Origin: Catajapyx aquilonaris
Lineage: Eukaryota
Direction: 5' to 3'
DNA length: 20,000 nt
Assembly (NCBI GenBank): GCA_000934665.2
Contig: KZ538084.1
Coordinates: 109,629 to 129,628 of the forward strand
A model generated the notes under the pieces. That model had not been told where the DNA came from, did not search any database, and worked only from the letters and a program-made list of their open reading frames with translations. How positions within the stretch are numbered: position 1 is the stretch's first letter; every line of letters begins with the position of its first letter. Positions 1 to 11,680 of the stretch are shown piece by piece. Made by a program: the position numbers and the translations under genes.

Positions 1-1324
1 TATTGACGGATCAAGGTTTAGCTTTAGGAACATGGGGTCTGCACTGACTGAAACTAACTCGTGGAACATCATTTTCGGAAGCCCCATTCGTACAGAGGTT
101 CATGAGCAGCACGCTTCCCACACACAAAAAAAGGGGAAACAAAACACCCTGTTATCGCGGTGCACATTCTGATAAAAGACAGGGGTTATGATTTTTGCGT
201 GTTTTCATTCCTATAATCTGGAGGGGCAATTAGGCACGGAAAGGTCGACTGCCTGCAATTTGCTAGACTGGTGTTTGAAGCAAAAGTCCCGCACTTGAAT
301 AAATGAAACAATTCGTGAGATACCAAGTACAAGGTGAGTCATGCATGAGTAATGATGTCTTCTGGGATCGGAACCAGAAACAGTGAGGAATTTTCTTGGT
401 ATGACCTTCCATTTTCTCTGCTCCGGAAAATCCGGGGAGATTTGTGGAAGGGCCGCAACTGCTTAATATAGCGTGCAAAATCCCGAGCTCCAGCGGCAAT
501 TAGGCACACGACAAGTAAGTTACTTCATCGGTGTACGCCGGCAAATTAAGACTCAAACCTAGCTGTTTCCTTGGGAAGTCTCTTGACCATGAATAATTTA
601 GCGAGCAAAGGAAGGGAGGCGAGGATTTGGAAAGTGTGAAATCAAAGTTTGCTTGCTTGCTCATGACTGATGAGAACAGCTTCTCATGAATGATGTGCCA
701 ACGACTGGGAGCCTGCCGCCGGACTACCAACCTGATTTATGTAGCTTCCATTGTGCGAAATAGGTGAATCATTCAGGGAACCTAACCTATTCAGGCTCAA
801 AAGAACAATCAATTCACTTCCTAACTTCTGCCAGATCACGGGTTATGTTCAGCGAATACTTTCACAAAAATAATGTTTTAAAAAACGCAATTTTGCTACA
901 TAATTAGCTTTTTATGTAGCTAGCTAGCTGGGTAGGATAATTAACATTAACGTACCAAAAATTTGACCAGAAATCTGCGTGTAGTATGTGACATAAATCG
1001 CATTGTTGAAGTGGTACAAATAGGCTGCGACGAAAATGCACAGCAACCAATTCTTCAGTGTCTCCATTAAGACTTGTGGAGGCAGCAGCCAAATCTGTCA
1101 ACGACGTAAGTGCTTCGAAGTTAATGTGTCAATTTGACGACGTCTCGTTGCTCTGCAGGGAAATTATTGCTCGACGTCCTCCTGCCGTGCCAAGGAGTCA
1201 TCTACTACACCTTGAACTATGCGACTCACACTACATTCGTTATGAGGCACTTACAATAATTTCGACAATTTGCAACCTCACCTTCACAACCTTACAAGTA
1301 CTGTTAAAGACTGGATTTTTACCA

Positions 1325-1351
1325 ATGATGATGATGATGATAATAATAATA
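1325..1351. repeat. Compound trinucleotide microsatellite (ATG)5(ATA)4
   Basis: Read directly: atgatgatgatgatgataataataata. Confidence 0.9.
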
Positions 1352-4268
1352 GAGGCCATTTTGTAATGCAAAGTGTTACTGAATAATAACGATTGTATTG
1401 GGGTCGCCGTTGCGGATGCGAACTCTCTCCAAATGCGAATCGGCGTCAAATGCAACACTATGTATGTTTCCAGCTGTAAACCCCTAAATCTGTTTACTAA
1501 ATGCGGGGAAATAATTCGCATGCATGCAACGCCGCCAAACATAGAACTACTCTCAACAATGACCGCATGTGGAACGATATTGGAAGCATTCAATTTTGTT
1601 CCCAATAAGCGTCGCCTCCCCCCTCCCCCTCCCCCTGTTTTGTTATTCTACACAAAACCACGCTGTTGCGGACAGCAATTCTATTAATTATGTAATAATC
1701 GAATATTTATGATCGACACGGATACCATAACAAACCTGGGGACAATTTAACCTTAATGCAAAATCGTTCCATTAGTCACCATGCTAATTCATTTTTTTCC
1801 ATTCCTGGTGTCTTTCAGGCACACCATATACACTGCGACCAGCTCAAATTCCCCCAACAGGCTAAAGTACCCCCACTTGACTGATACAACGCAGTATCCT
1901 TTGAAGTCGCATGCCTTTGGCTCTTCTAGCCACTGATTTCAAGTCGGTAAATGGCCAATATCTGTACTTGCTTACATATAGGGCTCCCTATTTACAATGA
2001 TTCGGGCACCCTCTCCGCCCACTCTTTCTCCCCACAATCGATCTATCTCGGAGCGGAATGATATCGAGAGAGGGTGGGGGAGGAGGGGTGAAGGTAGAGC
2101 TGGTTGTGTCAAAGCCAGCAGATAGCCTACCATTTCAATGACGCCGGGACCAATCACCAGAAATTCCCAATTCCAGCCCGCGAGCTTTTTGGCCCGGATG
2201 AAACGCTCTCCGGCAGCATCGGTCGTGTCCGTATATATAAAGGAAAATTACACCACTAGAGTATATACCGTATGCCTATCCTATCTATAGGCTGGGCATA
2301 TACGGCACACACACCCTCTGGATCTGCCCGGGAGCCGCAGACTATAGGCCATCATTGCAAATTGAATTGGACGCGAGATGTGGGAAGAGTGTCGCATTTG
2401 TGGCGATATTCCCAAGTACTTATCCTCTCCTCCGTGTTTCCGTGCCAATCGAACCGGGCGCACGCAGAATGACATTACTGCCGGTACATCGACACTCCGA
2501 CTAGGTGATATGATCAGTGGAAACCGCGAGTGATTTTCTTCTTCAACCTACTCCACGCTACGTCTGCATACATACCGATCACTTGGGCACAAGATGTCAC
2601 TCGGCTCAATCTGATTACCAGGGGTGGGGAAACTCTGCTTTTAAATCTCTCAGAGGCAGATTTTTGCAATGTTTTACAGGTTTGAAAAATGGTTTTCATT
2701 TATAAAAAATATTGAATATAGCTTCAAGACACACGCATGATGGAGCTAGAAATCTAGAGTTTACGATTCGAGTACATGTCCATTCGGTTCAATTAAGTCA
2801 ATAGAAACTAAATAATGCTAGTTGATGACTATATGTGTGTGGATAACGTATGTTGTTAGGCCTACATCATTTCACACAGTCATTACCATATAAATTATAC
2901 GTCCATCACAAGGTTTATGATATTATTAACTTGTATGCCAAATCATTTGCCGTTGGTAGACTCTATTGCATTACATAATATATAGCTTATGTGGTCATGG
3001 GGTCAGTAATAGCGTAAATGTATAGGTAATGGTCCTAATGGACATTAATCACGTCAAAAGTCTCGCGTCTGTAAATTAATGAGGAAGATACTGTGACATT
3101 TTCATTCTGCTATTATGCACGCATAATTCACAGGCCTATAACAAACTAAAATAATAGTAGTCTGCCATAGGTTTACCAACAAAATCCAAAATAATAAAAC
3201 ATGACCTCATTCTTCTTTTCACCTAATCCGTTCCACAACTTAATTCAACAAATAACGCCAAAGCTCCCTCACAGGAATTGTTAAAATTAATGCCGGTTCC
3301 TCCAAAAAATATTACGTGTGACTACTTATTGTCCGATTGAAACATTTTGCAGCTATTCCACTTAGATATTTCTTGATTTCAGGTAGCAACACACGATTAT
3401 GGCTTGACATCGATTGCCAGCAAACTAATCTAGGCCCCCTGCAAGGCGAAATATATTGCGCAAGGGACGAGGAAGTTGCCTGTACTCCACTTATTAATGT
3501 CATACCTGCGAAAGTTAGCAACTCCTCTTTCATGTGGTTCAAATAGTAAAAGCTCCACAGAAGCCTCCCTTTCCATGTCAAAGCAACTCTCTCCGGAAGA
3601 TACACTCGCCAAAAATATAGTATTTTTGTTCAAAATTGAAAAGTAATGCAATGAATGATGACGCTTTTTTGCCACGTCCACAAAATGTATTATCGAGCCT
3701 CAAATTGTGTCAAGTGTATAGAAAATCAAGAGAAGAATGGGCGTTGTGTTGCGCCAATGCAACACTTGTACCGGCGCGCGACAGTAAGGATGGCAGTTGA
3801 TTCCAAAAAACTGGTTCTAATCTGGAGAGGCGACATTCCTTCTTATTCCTAGATGTGGGCTGCTCTGAGGTCAAATGAATGGAGTGTCATGCAAAGCATG
3901 TCGCGTTGAAGGCAGGCGTCCAACAGCGAAGGGTTAGTATATGGAACCTACCCTGTATTCTGTGTAGTTGATGACCATGTTCTTCAGGAAGGACGCGTGT
4001 GACTTTCAACATCAAAGACAGCAGAAGCGCAAACACTGTTTATTAGGACAAGCCTCGTCTCCGGCTGTCTCACGACTTATTACAAACCAAGTAGTCTCCC
4101 TCCACCCCTCATAAACCGCATCTATCATCAAGACTCCTAAGTTATCAGTGGGGCTTAACGTCGGCCTATTTCTGCAGCTAACCGACGCGACGCCAGGGGG
4201 TGGTCCTCCTCCTGGAAATTTGGCCACTCTGGGGGTCTTTAACGTGCACTCGCGCAATGTCACAATGT

Positions 4269-4464
4269 TGTGCGCGTTGACCTCCGCAGGTCATCCCTCT
4301 GACCCCGAAAGCTCACATAGGGTCGTGGTCCAATAATACAACGGGTACGGACCGGCCTGCTACTCCGGCCAGACACGACAGAATCATACAAAGAGCATAC
4401 GCCCTCAGCTCCCCCTAGATCCGCGCGCATGCGCCACACCAGCCCTCTAGTGAGGGACGTCACA
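4269..4464 (-). mobile_element. Short solo LTR (copy A, 196 bp), probably Gypsy/Ty3-type
   Basis: Termini TGTG...CACA; identical 4-bp flanks ATGT at 4265-4268 and 4465-4468; colinear similarity to the reverse complement of 17181-17366 (blocks aggtcatccStctgaccYcgMaag, ggtcgtggtccaataa, acacgac, aagagca, gccMtctRgtgaggg). Strand taken from the AATAAA in copy B. Gypsy assignment inferred from the 4-bp TSD only. Confidence 0.72.
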
Positions 4465-4736
4465 ATGTCGCAACAGTTTGGACGTTTAGACGCCTCCAGA
4501 TTTATACCCTATAAAAGTAACTATAAGCAAAAATAACTGAACTATCTGGACCGAGGTATAATCAACAATGGCAGGATAATGAGATTGAATCTTAGTGTTA
4601 ATGTGGACTTGTTTGAGGGGTGGTGTGGTGAGTGGAAGCTGGGAGTGGCGATTTCAAGCGTGAGACGACAGGTCAAACGAGAATGACGGGTTCACCGTGG
4701 CGGGTCGAGTTTATCCGGCGAAATCTGTCAGAGAAA

Positions 4737-4826
4737 CGTGGGAAAAGTCAACCTGCTCGGGTCGGAGGTTGCAAGTGCGGCTGGCACGTGTCACGTTTCG
4801 GTTGGCGGCACGGTCGTACTATAAAT
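4737..4826 (+). promoter_or_regulatory. Candidate promoter/enhancer module: Su(H)/CSL site, class B E-box (ESE-box type), TATA-like box
   Basis: CGTGGGAA at 4737-4744; TGGCACGTGTCA at 4782-4793 (fits TGGCACGTGYYA); TATAAAT at 4820-4826; CpG-rich context. No downstream coding exon identified, so function is inferred. Confidence 0.4.
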
Positions 4827-5023
4827 GGCGGAGCCAAGGATTGTCCAGCCTACAGTGCATGATTCTAGTTACACCCATCCCCCGTCCCATCCTCCATATC
4901 CAACTGATGGCCAAATCTTGGCGGGGTTCAACCTTGGACACTGTCCGAGTATTGTCATGTTCAAGCATGTCACAATTTGGGAGGGAAAATACGTAAGTTA
5001 TGTACTAATGACAAGGGTTCAAT

Positions 5024-5254
5024 GACTGCTGATTCATGCACTGACTTGGAGGTGGGAATTTGTGATCAACATATACCGTCTATGGTACTGACTTGTCCAT
5101 CGTTCAGATGTACTGACTTGAAATTAGTACATCTCAATTCAGGTACTGACTTCGACATCAAATACCTTCTACAGTACTGACTCGTAGACGGTATTTTGTT
5201 GATCACAAAATACCACCTCCAAGTCAGTACATAATCGTTACACGAATTACAGTG
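5024..5254. mobile_element. MITE family 1, copy 1 (fold-back element with internal GTACTGACTTG repeats)
   Basis: Inverted arms gattcatgcactgacttggaggtgggaatttgtgatcaac (from 5031) / gttgatcacaaaataccacctccaagtcagtacataatc (to 5236); right end ...aattacagtg|ta; GTACTGACTYG-like motif repeated at about 5039, 5085, 5110, 5143, 5174; second copy at 11467-11680. Confidence 0.85.
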
Positions 5255-6589
5255 TATACTGTATACAAATAATACCTGCCTTAGTTCTCAATGCCATTGA
5301 TCCAAAATGGCAACGCTGTCTGTACCACAAGAACTCCAACCCGTGTGAACTGTTAAAATGCGAAGCTAACCGGACCTAAATGCGGGGCCTGGAACCTTTC
5401 CACTCCTCAACCAGAATGATTTTCCCATGTGAATGACACCAAAGCCTGCATGTTTCAATGCATGAAAGGCGGAATTGCTGCGCTCAGGTTTGCTAAATAC
5501 TTTTGTCACTTCTGGCTGCAAATTATATTAGGCCTACCGGCTTGGGCGGAACCAAGGGACCATTATGGCTGCTGGTTCAAAACTGCAGTGGTATATGACT
5601 TATGAACATGAAATGCGAACCGCAGCCAACCAAACAGTGTGCCAGACGTAATAGGGGAGCTTTTAAGATCAAAGTTAGGATTTTGGACGTGGCCGACCAC
5701 TTTTGGGTGACAGGTCCGCCATGTAACTCTCATAACGTTTGCAACGGGTAAAGAAAAGCGTAACTTTTCATAACTTTTTTCAAAGCAGTAAAACTCTGAT
5801 ATTGGACTGTAAATCCTACTAGGCTACTTTGTAACATATTATTGAGAGTAATTGTAAAAAAAATTAATTTTTACCCTGCAACCATCCAGCCAATTACTTT
5901 TAAACCACTCTGGTGACAAACTCCAGTCCAAATATTATTGTCGAGCCCTCTGAGTCGAGCTCTGGGATAAAAAAAGAACCCAGAAGAGCAGTCCTATATC
6001 TCAACAACCAGACAAAGGAGTGAATAGGTGGCGAGTGAGGAGGTAAAAAGAGCATCTGGTTGTTCCGTGAAAGTGCAGGTCTCTGTTCCTTGGCCGTGTG
6101 ACCGTGTAAGTGGACTGCTGATGGGACAGGGGGAGCAATTTGGTAAAGCCACGCCTCGTCTCACCCTCCTTTTTATTTCCTCATCACCGCCAGATAATAT
6201 GATTAGGGTCTGGCCCGCAGGCACTACTCATGCACTACTGCCACTTTTACGTTTGAGGAATGGAGGCAAGTTCCACAATTTCCTCCGACTTTTGTATTCA
6301 ACGCCCCTTCTCACCATTGGTCGCCAAGTAGACGAACGACCTTTTAACCACATCAAACGAGACTTTGTGTCTTCTCCTATCCAACCCCTCTCTAGCATCC
6401 ATGCTCCGATCGTATTAAACAGACCGGCAAAAATAAAGAAAGTATATTTCCCTGGGTAATTTTTAGTGCGGCTGTACAGCCCTGAAGATGGCCGCCATCA
6501 AAGGAAACGGCGTCTCAATCAGATTAAACTACTCTGGATGTAATGAAGGAGAGGAAAATGCACTCCGGAGGAAACTCGTGTCCAAAGTA

Positions 6590-7045
6590 CAACTCTTCAC
6601 CTCTCATCACGAAGAAAGAGCGTTCATACATAATAACTCCGTTATTTTACCATCTAAATGCATGGAAATGCCTTATCAAAGACTGAGGTTATCATCATCA
6701 TTATATCCAGTTTGCAACCATTACTTTGCATGGCTTTCTTCACTGTGTGTGAAGGTCTAGACGTTCTTACAGTCACTTAGAGTAGAAGGAATTGTGGTGT
6801 GAAACTTGGGCCATTATTTCCATCTCATGTGAACTCAGGAGGTGTTTATGATGCTCCTTTCGTTGTTCTGCCGCTATATGGCTAGAAGCCCTGGAAACTT
6901 TAAGCAGTACGACATGTTGACAATGCCACCCACCCAAGCTCATTTCACAATGCAATGTGCCTGTAAGACCAGTCCTCACTGGCACAGAAACAAAATATAA
7001 CCTAGTGCACATTTTGAAGGGACAAATATTTGGTTTTATGATGAA
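6590..7045 (+). pseudogene. Decayed transposon coding remnant resembling the XPG-like nuclease region of Academ (AcademX) proteins
   Basis: Manual translation gives colinear motif remnants across frameshifts: LFTSHHEERAFIH (about 6593-6631; cf. HEEADTR..H), FLHCV/EGLD (6735-6762; cf. FHA.TGCD), WCETW (6795-6809), and EVFMMLLSLFCRYMARSPGNFKQYDMLTMPPTQAHFTMQCACKTSPHWHR (6839-6988; cf. LPPT..A...H..RA..Q...W). Comparison is to recalled family motifs; large internal deletions must be assumed. Confidence 0.5.
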
Positions 7046-10000
7046 ACTGTTGTTGGTCGAAGTTCGTTAACAAGAAAGTAGTTCCCTAATAAGCGTCCAG
7101 AAAAGCGCAATATGAAATTTTGTCTTCCATGCAGACCAGCTAGCGACCTAGGGGTTTTGGCTTGCCTGGCTGTTTTGCCCATTTTGGGCGCCGATTTTGC
7201 CCGCCGCTCTGCCCCTGGATCGATGACGCGAGAGACACACTCATCCCGCCGCAGCGGAGGAGACCAGCTTCCGCTTTTCGCCACAAGATCATAATATTCC
7301 TCCGCGCGCGTCTACACAAATCTCTCTCCCTCCTTTACCACTTCTCACCCACCATTTCTTCTCGTTTTCCTGGCCATCCTGGACTCAACAAATGTCCCTA
7401 CTACGCGGTCACTTTGCCTCTAATTTTTTTCTTGGGAGGCAGGAAACTGCTACCTATTCCGGGAAACGGGTTTTCAGAACAAAATTGATTGTAAAAACTG
7501 GAGATTGTGCGCTGCTATTCTCCTCAATTTTTAAGTAATATATGATAAACAAGTGTGCTTGAATTCATGTGGTTTTTAATTTGTTGGGTTATTCGGATTT
7601 TTTATTATTATTTCAATCATATACGATAAAAGTGTTACTCCATGGTTGGGCCTTAGACTTGATGAACGTCCCCCGTAAGTAAAATAATTTAGGACCGAAA
7701 AAAACGAACTTGGAGAAGGAAACTGACCGTGTAATATTGGCAGAAAGCCATGCATTTTTCTGGCAACACGTTTCATTCCGAGTTTCAGGCCCAAAATTCA
7801 TCTTCATACTAATTAAAGTCGTCACCAGGCACGAAAGAAATGATATTAACACAGCTATAATAATAAATATTACCTCTGTGATATTATTCGTTGCTGCTGG
7901 GCTCAGCTGCACCTCCGGCAAATATTCCGATGCCCCTATTCCTTACATCTACATTTTATGAATATTATTTCGGGAACTGAACAACGGGGAATAAGTTACT
8001 TGCACCGCAGCTGTGGAGAGGGCCAAAGTTGGGGCCGCTCAATTGAAGTCTTCCTAATAGAAAAGTGACGTTGACGGATGACTGGAATGAACCCTGGGGC
8101 ATGTGCTAGAATGTTACTATTGGGTGTCTGTTGATCTCGGGATTCGATGAGGGTTGAAAAATGCATAGCGGCTTGATTAGGCCTAGGAGCCAATCCTGTT
8201 TTGGAGGCAGGTAACGCCCATGCTTTTCTTTCGCATTTGGAGAAAAAAAAATACAAACAAGATAATCATGTCAGAATTATGTGTCGACATGTTATTGTAG
8301 AGTTACCATAATATGTCCCGGAAAACCAGGATAATCCTAGCTGATTCTCGATATCGATGTAATCTGGGAGTCAGATATTTATTTTCCCTGAAGAGGGAAT
8401 TGTGGCCATGTTTAGGCATGGCTTTTTTTTGGAGAGCGGTTTATTAGAATATGCAGCACCTAAAAGGGAGCATGAAGAAGAAAAAATTATCAGAGGCCTG
8501 TTCAAAGGACGACACGCACCATACGTGCAGTATATAATGTCTCGGAAGCTATTTTCATGCACGTGCTACACGAGTACCGTACTTCAAAGTCCCCATCGTG
8601 GTCTTGTGTTCAGGAGAACGCGAAACACTCGTAGTCTCGCCTCTTTGAAGTCGGCAAGCCATCGAGTTTCTCCATCACAAGCGTCCACAAACAACCACAG
8701 CCGGGGACATCTAATTCCGTTTCCAAAGGCCTTGATGTTGCACATTTGCCTTTCCTTTGTAAACAAGGGCCGGAAACAAATTTGTTTATGAGATGCCGAG
8801 ACCGCAAAGGTTACCTCAAAACTCGCATCATAGTATTATCATATTCTCAGGGTGGAAAAATCATCACCAAGGTTCCTCTTAGCTGGGAAATAACTCGCAT
8901 CATTTAATACACAAGCTTGCAGAAAAGCTGAGACGATCCTTCTTGGTGCAATACATGTAGCAACTAAAATTGTCATGTGTGGAATACCTACTGTCAGTGT
9001 ATTGACGTAACTATGCCTATAAGTTAGGGATAACCACAATTTATAAATGAAAATAATGCATGATCCATGTAGATCACTTTTAGCGTAACATGTTACTTAG
9101 CTTTTTCAACCTCGTATTCCGAAAGAAGGACCCCCTGTGGCATCGGCTATAGAAACAATGCTGATGTGATTAAATTCTTCCCTAATGGAGGTGTAGTACC
9201 CAATTATCCATTGACGTTCACAGGCAAATTAGTGCCGACGGTGTATTATGGGGATGCAGCCGGTGTAAGCTTGGTTTGGTGGTGTGTGAACCATTTCCAA
9301 AGTGGGAGACACACAATGTATCAGACGCAAACCTGACATACACTCTACTGTATGCAGATTTCCATCAATTCAGCATATTTATAATGCTGGAAGTATGCAT
9401 ACAATTCAGTGAATATGAACTGAGATTTTGGAATATTTTCAGAAGAAGAATATCGTAAAGTGAGAATACATTATCAGTAAAAATATTATAATATTATCTG
9501 AGGTGGACAGTATATGTTCATGGCCTGCTGTATATTCCCAGCGAATCAGACATTTTGCGATTTTAATATGTTTGGGCTACCGCAACTTACCATAATAATT
9601 ATAAACATCAAAAATAGGTAAACCAATGCCATTTACAAAGTCAGCGGGGTTCCAATATATGACGGTGTCGTTTCGAAAATAATGATTAAAGCCACCACTT
9701 TATGCCTCCAAATAATCGGGAAATTAAATAGCAGGTTGGGGGCATAAAATTATCGAGATGTCCATTGGTTTACAGATTAATAATTATTCGATCGTCAACA
9801 TCAGTTACCGTGAGCATCAAACCGGCCGTAGTGTTTGTGACCAACACTATAGGTTTGGCGATGACAGGTTATAAAAGTGTAGGCCTACGCTGGATGTGGG
9901 AAACCAAACATTAACTACCTCAATTGCATTTGGTCTACATGATTTGAATGTTTCAAACGGAAAATGTTGCATCTATAATAATAAAATAAAATCATTCGTT

Positions 10001-10293
10001 ACAATTATCCATTGTTTGTGTGCAAAAATTCATCTTGCCAATTTTTGCGACTATAGACTGCTTTTTATTTATTGTCTCTGAAACACTTTTTTAAACCAGT
10101 CGAGTAGAATCATCCTTTCGAAATGAATGTTCTACACAGACCACATGCACAGCAATGCGCGTATGCAATTTTGAGTGCCTATGTGAAGCCTTTATGACAA
10201 TAAATAATGAGCAGACAGTCTATTTGAGCCGCCTTTCACGACTATATTTGCAAACCAGGATGTACGAAATGCCAGAATAAACTGCGCATTTTA

Positions 10294-10322
10294 GTGTGTG
10301 TGTATGTGTGTGTGTGTATGTA
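10294..10322. repeat. Imperfect (GT)n microsatellite
   Basis: gtgtgtgtgtatgtgtgtgtgtgtatgta read directly. Confidence 0.9.
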
Positions 10323-11466
10323 TAATCCGACCCCGAAGTGGAATGAATTGCGTTGGCAGGCCAGATTTTCCACCATTCTCCATCGGCAGCCATATGAAAA
10401 TGTGGGCAAGCGCATAAAGACCAAGTGAAGTACCACATAGGTCGGAACTGGCCCAGCGAAGGCATATCCCTTTTTACAATCCGCTTTGGCATCAGAGGAG
10501 GATATCAAAGTAGGCGCCCATCCCTGCTTCATTATGCACCGATTTGGGATCCTATAGAAGGGGAAGAGAGGGAGGATATTATTTTCAAAGCAAGGAAGAA
10601 CTCTCCCACAGCCCAACCCCTTCATAGTGGGGTTTAATTCCTCTGGGGGGGTGGAATTGGCGGAAACGTCCAGGAGATTGCGAGCTGATCGCTCAGTGAT
10701 TACAGAGCTAGCTCCTTCCTCACGGCCTACGCCAAATCCCAGAGGCCAATAATATTTCACCCTGGCCGTCTAAACCCCGCAGCGCCAATAAAAGATTATG
10801 CACAACATTTACCCGCCGAGAACGGCTACGACTTCAATGACAGTAATCCAGACTGCTGTTTATGGAATGGCCGTCTCTCCTTTACCATGAATCCGAATGG
10901 CTTCAAACTACGTCTATTCTCGGGTTAGTGAATGCCAACCATCCTAGTTTTCTTACCTCTTATATTCCAAGACTGGGAGAATGGGCCGAGGGTGTTTTTG
11001 GACCTTATCCAGGACCGCAGGCTGATTACACAATTTTATACACTATGCTCACGAATTTGGTAATTACAATAATATCTGCAACCAGTAAAAATGGGGGGTA
11101 TACAATTCATAATTATCAGAGAAACCAGTGAAAAGCTGGCACTTGAAGGAAATGGACAGAAGCCCTGCTGTAAAGAAGGTGTTGAATGTGGAGCGGTGGA
11201 AAGATATGCGGGGTATCAAACGGCATTCCGCTGACTATAATAATGGCAGTCCAACGGGCGAGGGAAGGGGTGTCTCCAAGGCGAGGAATTATTAGACTCG
11301 CCTATTATTGCACGTCTTGCATTGTGTGCTAGAGCGCTCGATGGATATGATCATCGCAAGGGCTGCTGATGAATTTCCATGCTACTTCCATTCACGAGTA
11401 TCTCTGACACCGACGTGAATAGCTTGCATCAGGTTGATTTGCTGAGAAGCTGAAGGATTCGTATTC

Positions 11467-11680
11467 GACTGTAATATTCATGTACCGATTCATGTACTGA
11501 CTTGGAGGTGGTATTTTGTGATCAAATACCGTATACAAGTCAGTACTGTTGACGGTATTTGATGTCCAAGTCGATGCATTGTGATGTACTGTTTTCAAGT
11601 CAGTACATCTGAACGATGGGCTGTATACAAGTCAGTACCGTACACAATACTACCTCCGAGTCGGTACATGAATTACAGCG
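11467..11680. mobile_element. MITE family 1, copy 2 (internal part inverted relative to copy 1)
   Basis: Ends gactgtaat..attcatgtac / gtacatgaattacagcg|ta; shares gattcatgtactgacttggaggtggtattttgtgatcaa with copy 1; internal ttcaagtcagtacatctgaacgatgg is the reverse complement of ccatcgttcagatgtactgacttgaa in copy 1. Confidence 0.85.

Noticed and set aside
660..695. CTGATGAG hammerhead-like core with a hairpin
   Set aside because: No GAAA after stem II and no stems I/III or NUH cleavage site.
819..847. cctaacttctgccagatcacgggttat as a fifth copy of the shared retroposon 3' module
   Set aside because: Inner hairpin would have a 1-nt loop, and there is no tail, TSD or body homology.
2232..2241. 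TATA box (tatatataaa)
   Set aside because: Isolated motif with no supported downstream exon; common by chance.
2381..2533. Frame reading WEECRICGD, like the start of a nuclear-receptor zinc finger
   Set aside because: The expected continuation (HYG...CEGC) is absent and no splice donor follows the motif.
5031..5236. CRISPR-like array
   Set aside because: Repeat is only about 11 bp, spacing irregular, bounded by inverted repeats, eukaryotic context, no cas genes.
5735..5940. Scattered short inverted matches suggesting a decayed DNA transposon
   Set aside because: No defined termini or TSD and no second copy in the window.
6482..6516. CTGAAGA...GAAAC hammerhead-like spacing
   Set aside because: Stem II is not directly closed by GAAA and flanking stems do not pair.
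10500..10990. YAPIWDP and SYIPRLGEW as LINE RT C-terminal remnants
   Set aside because: Short motifs with nothing alignable between them and spacing longer than expected; likely chance.
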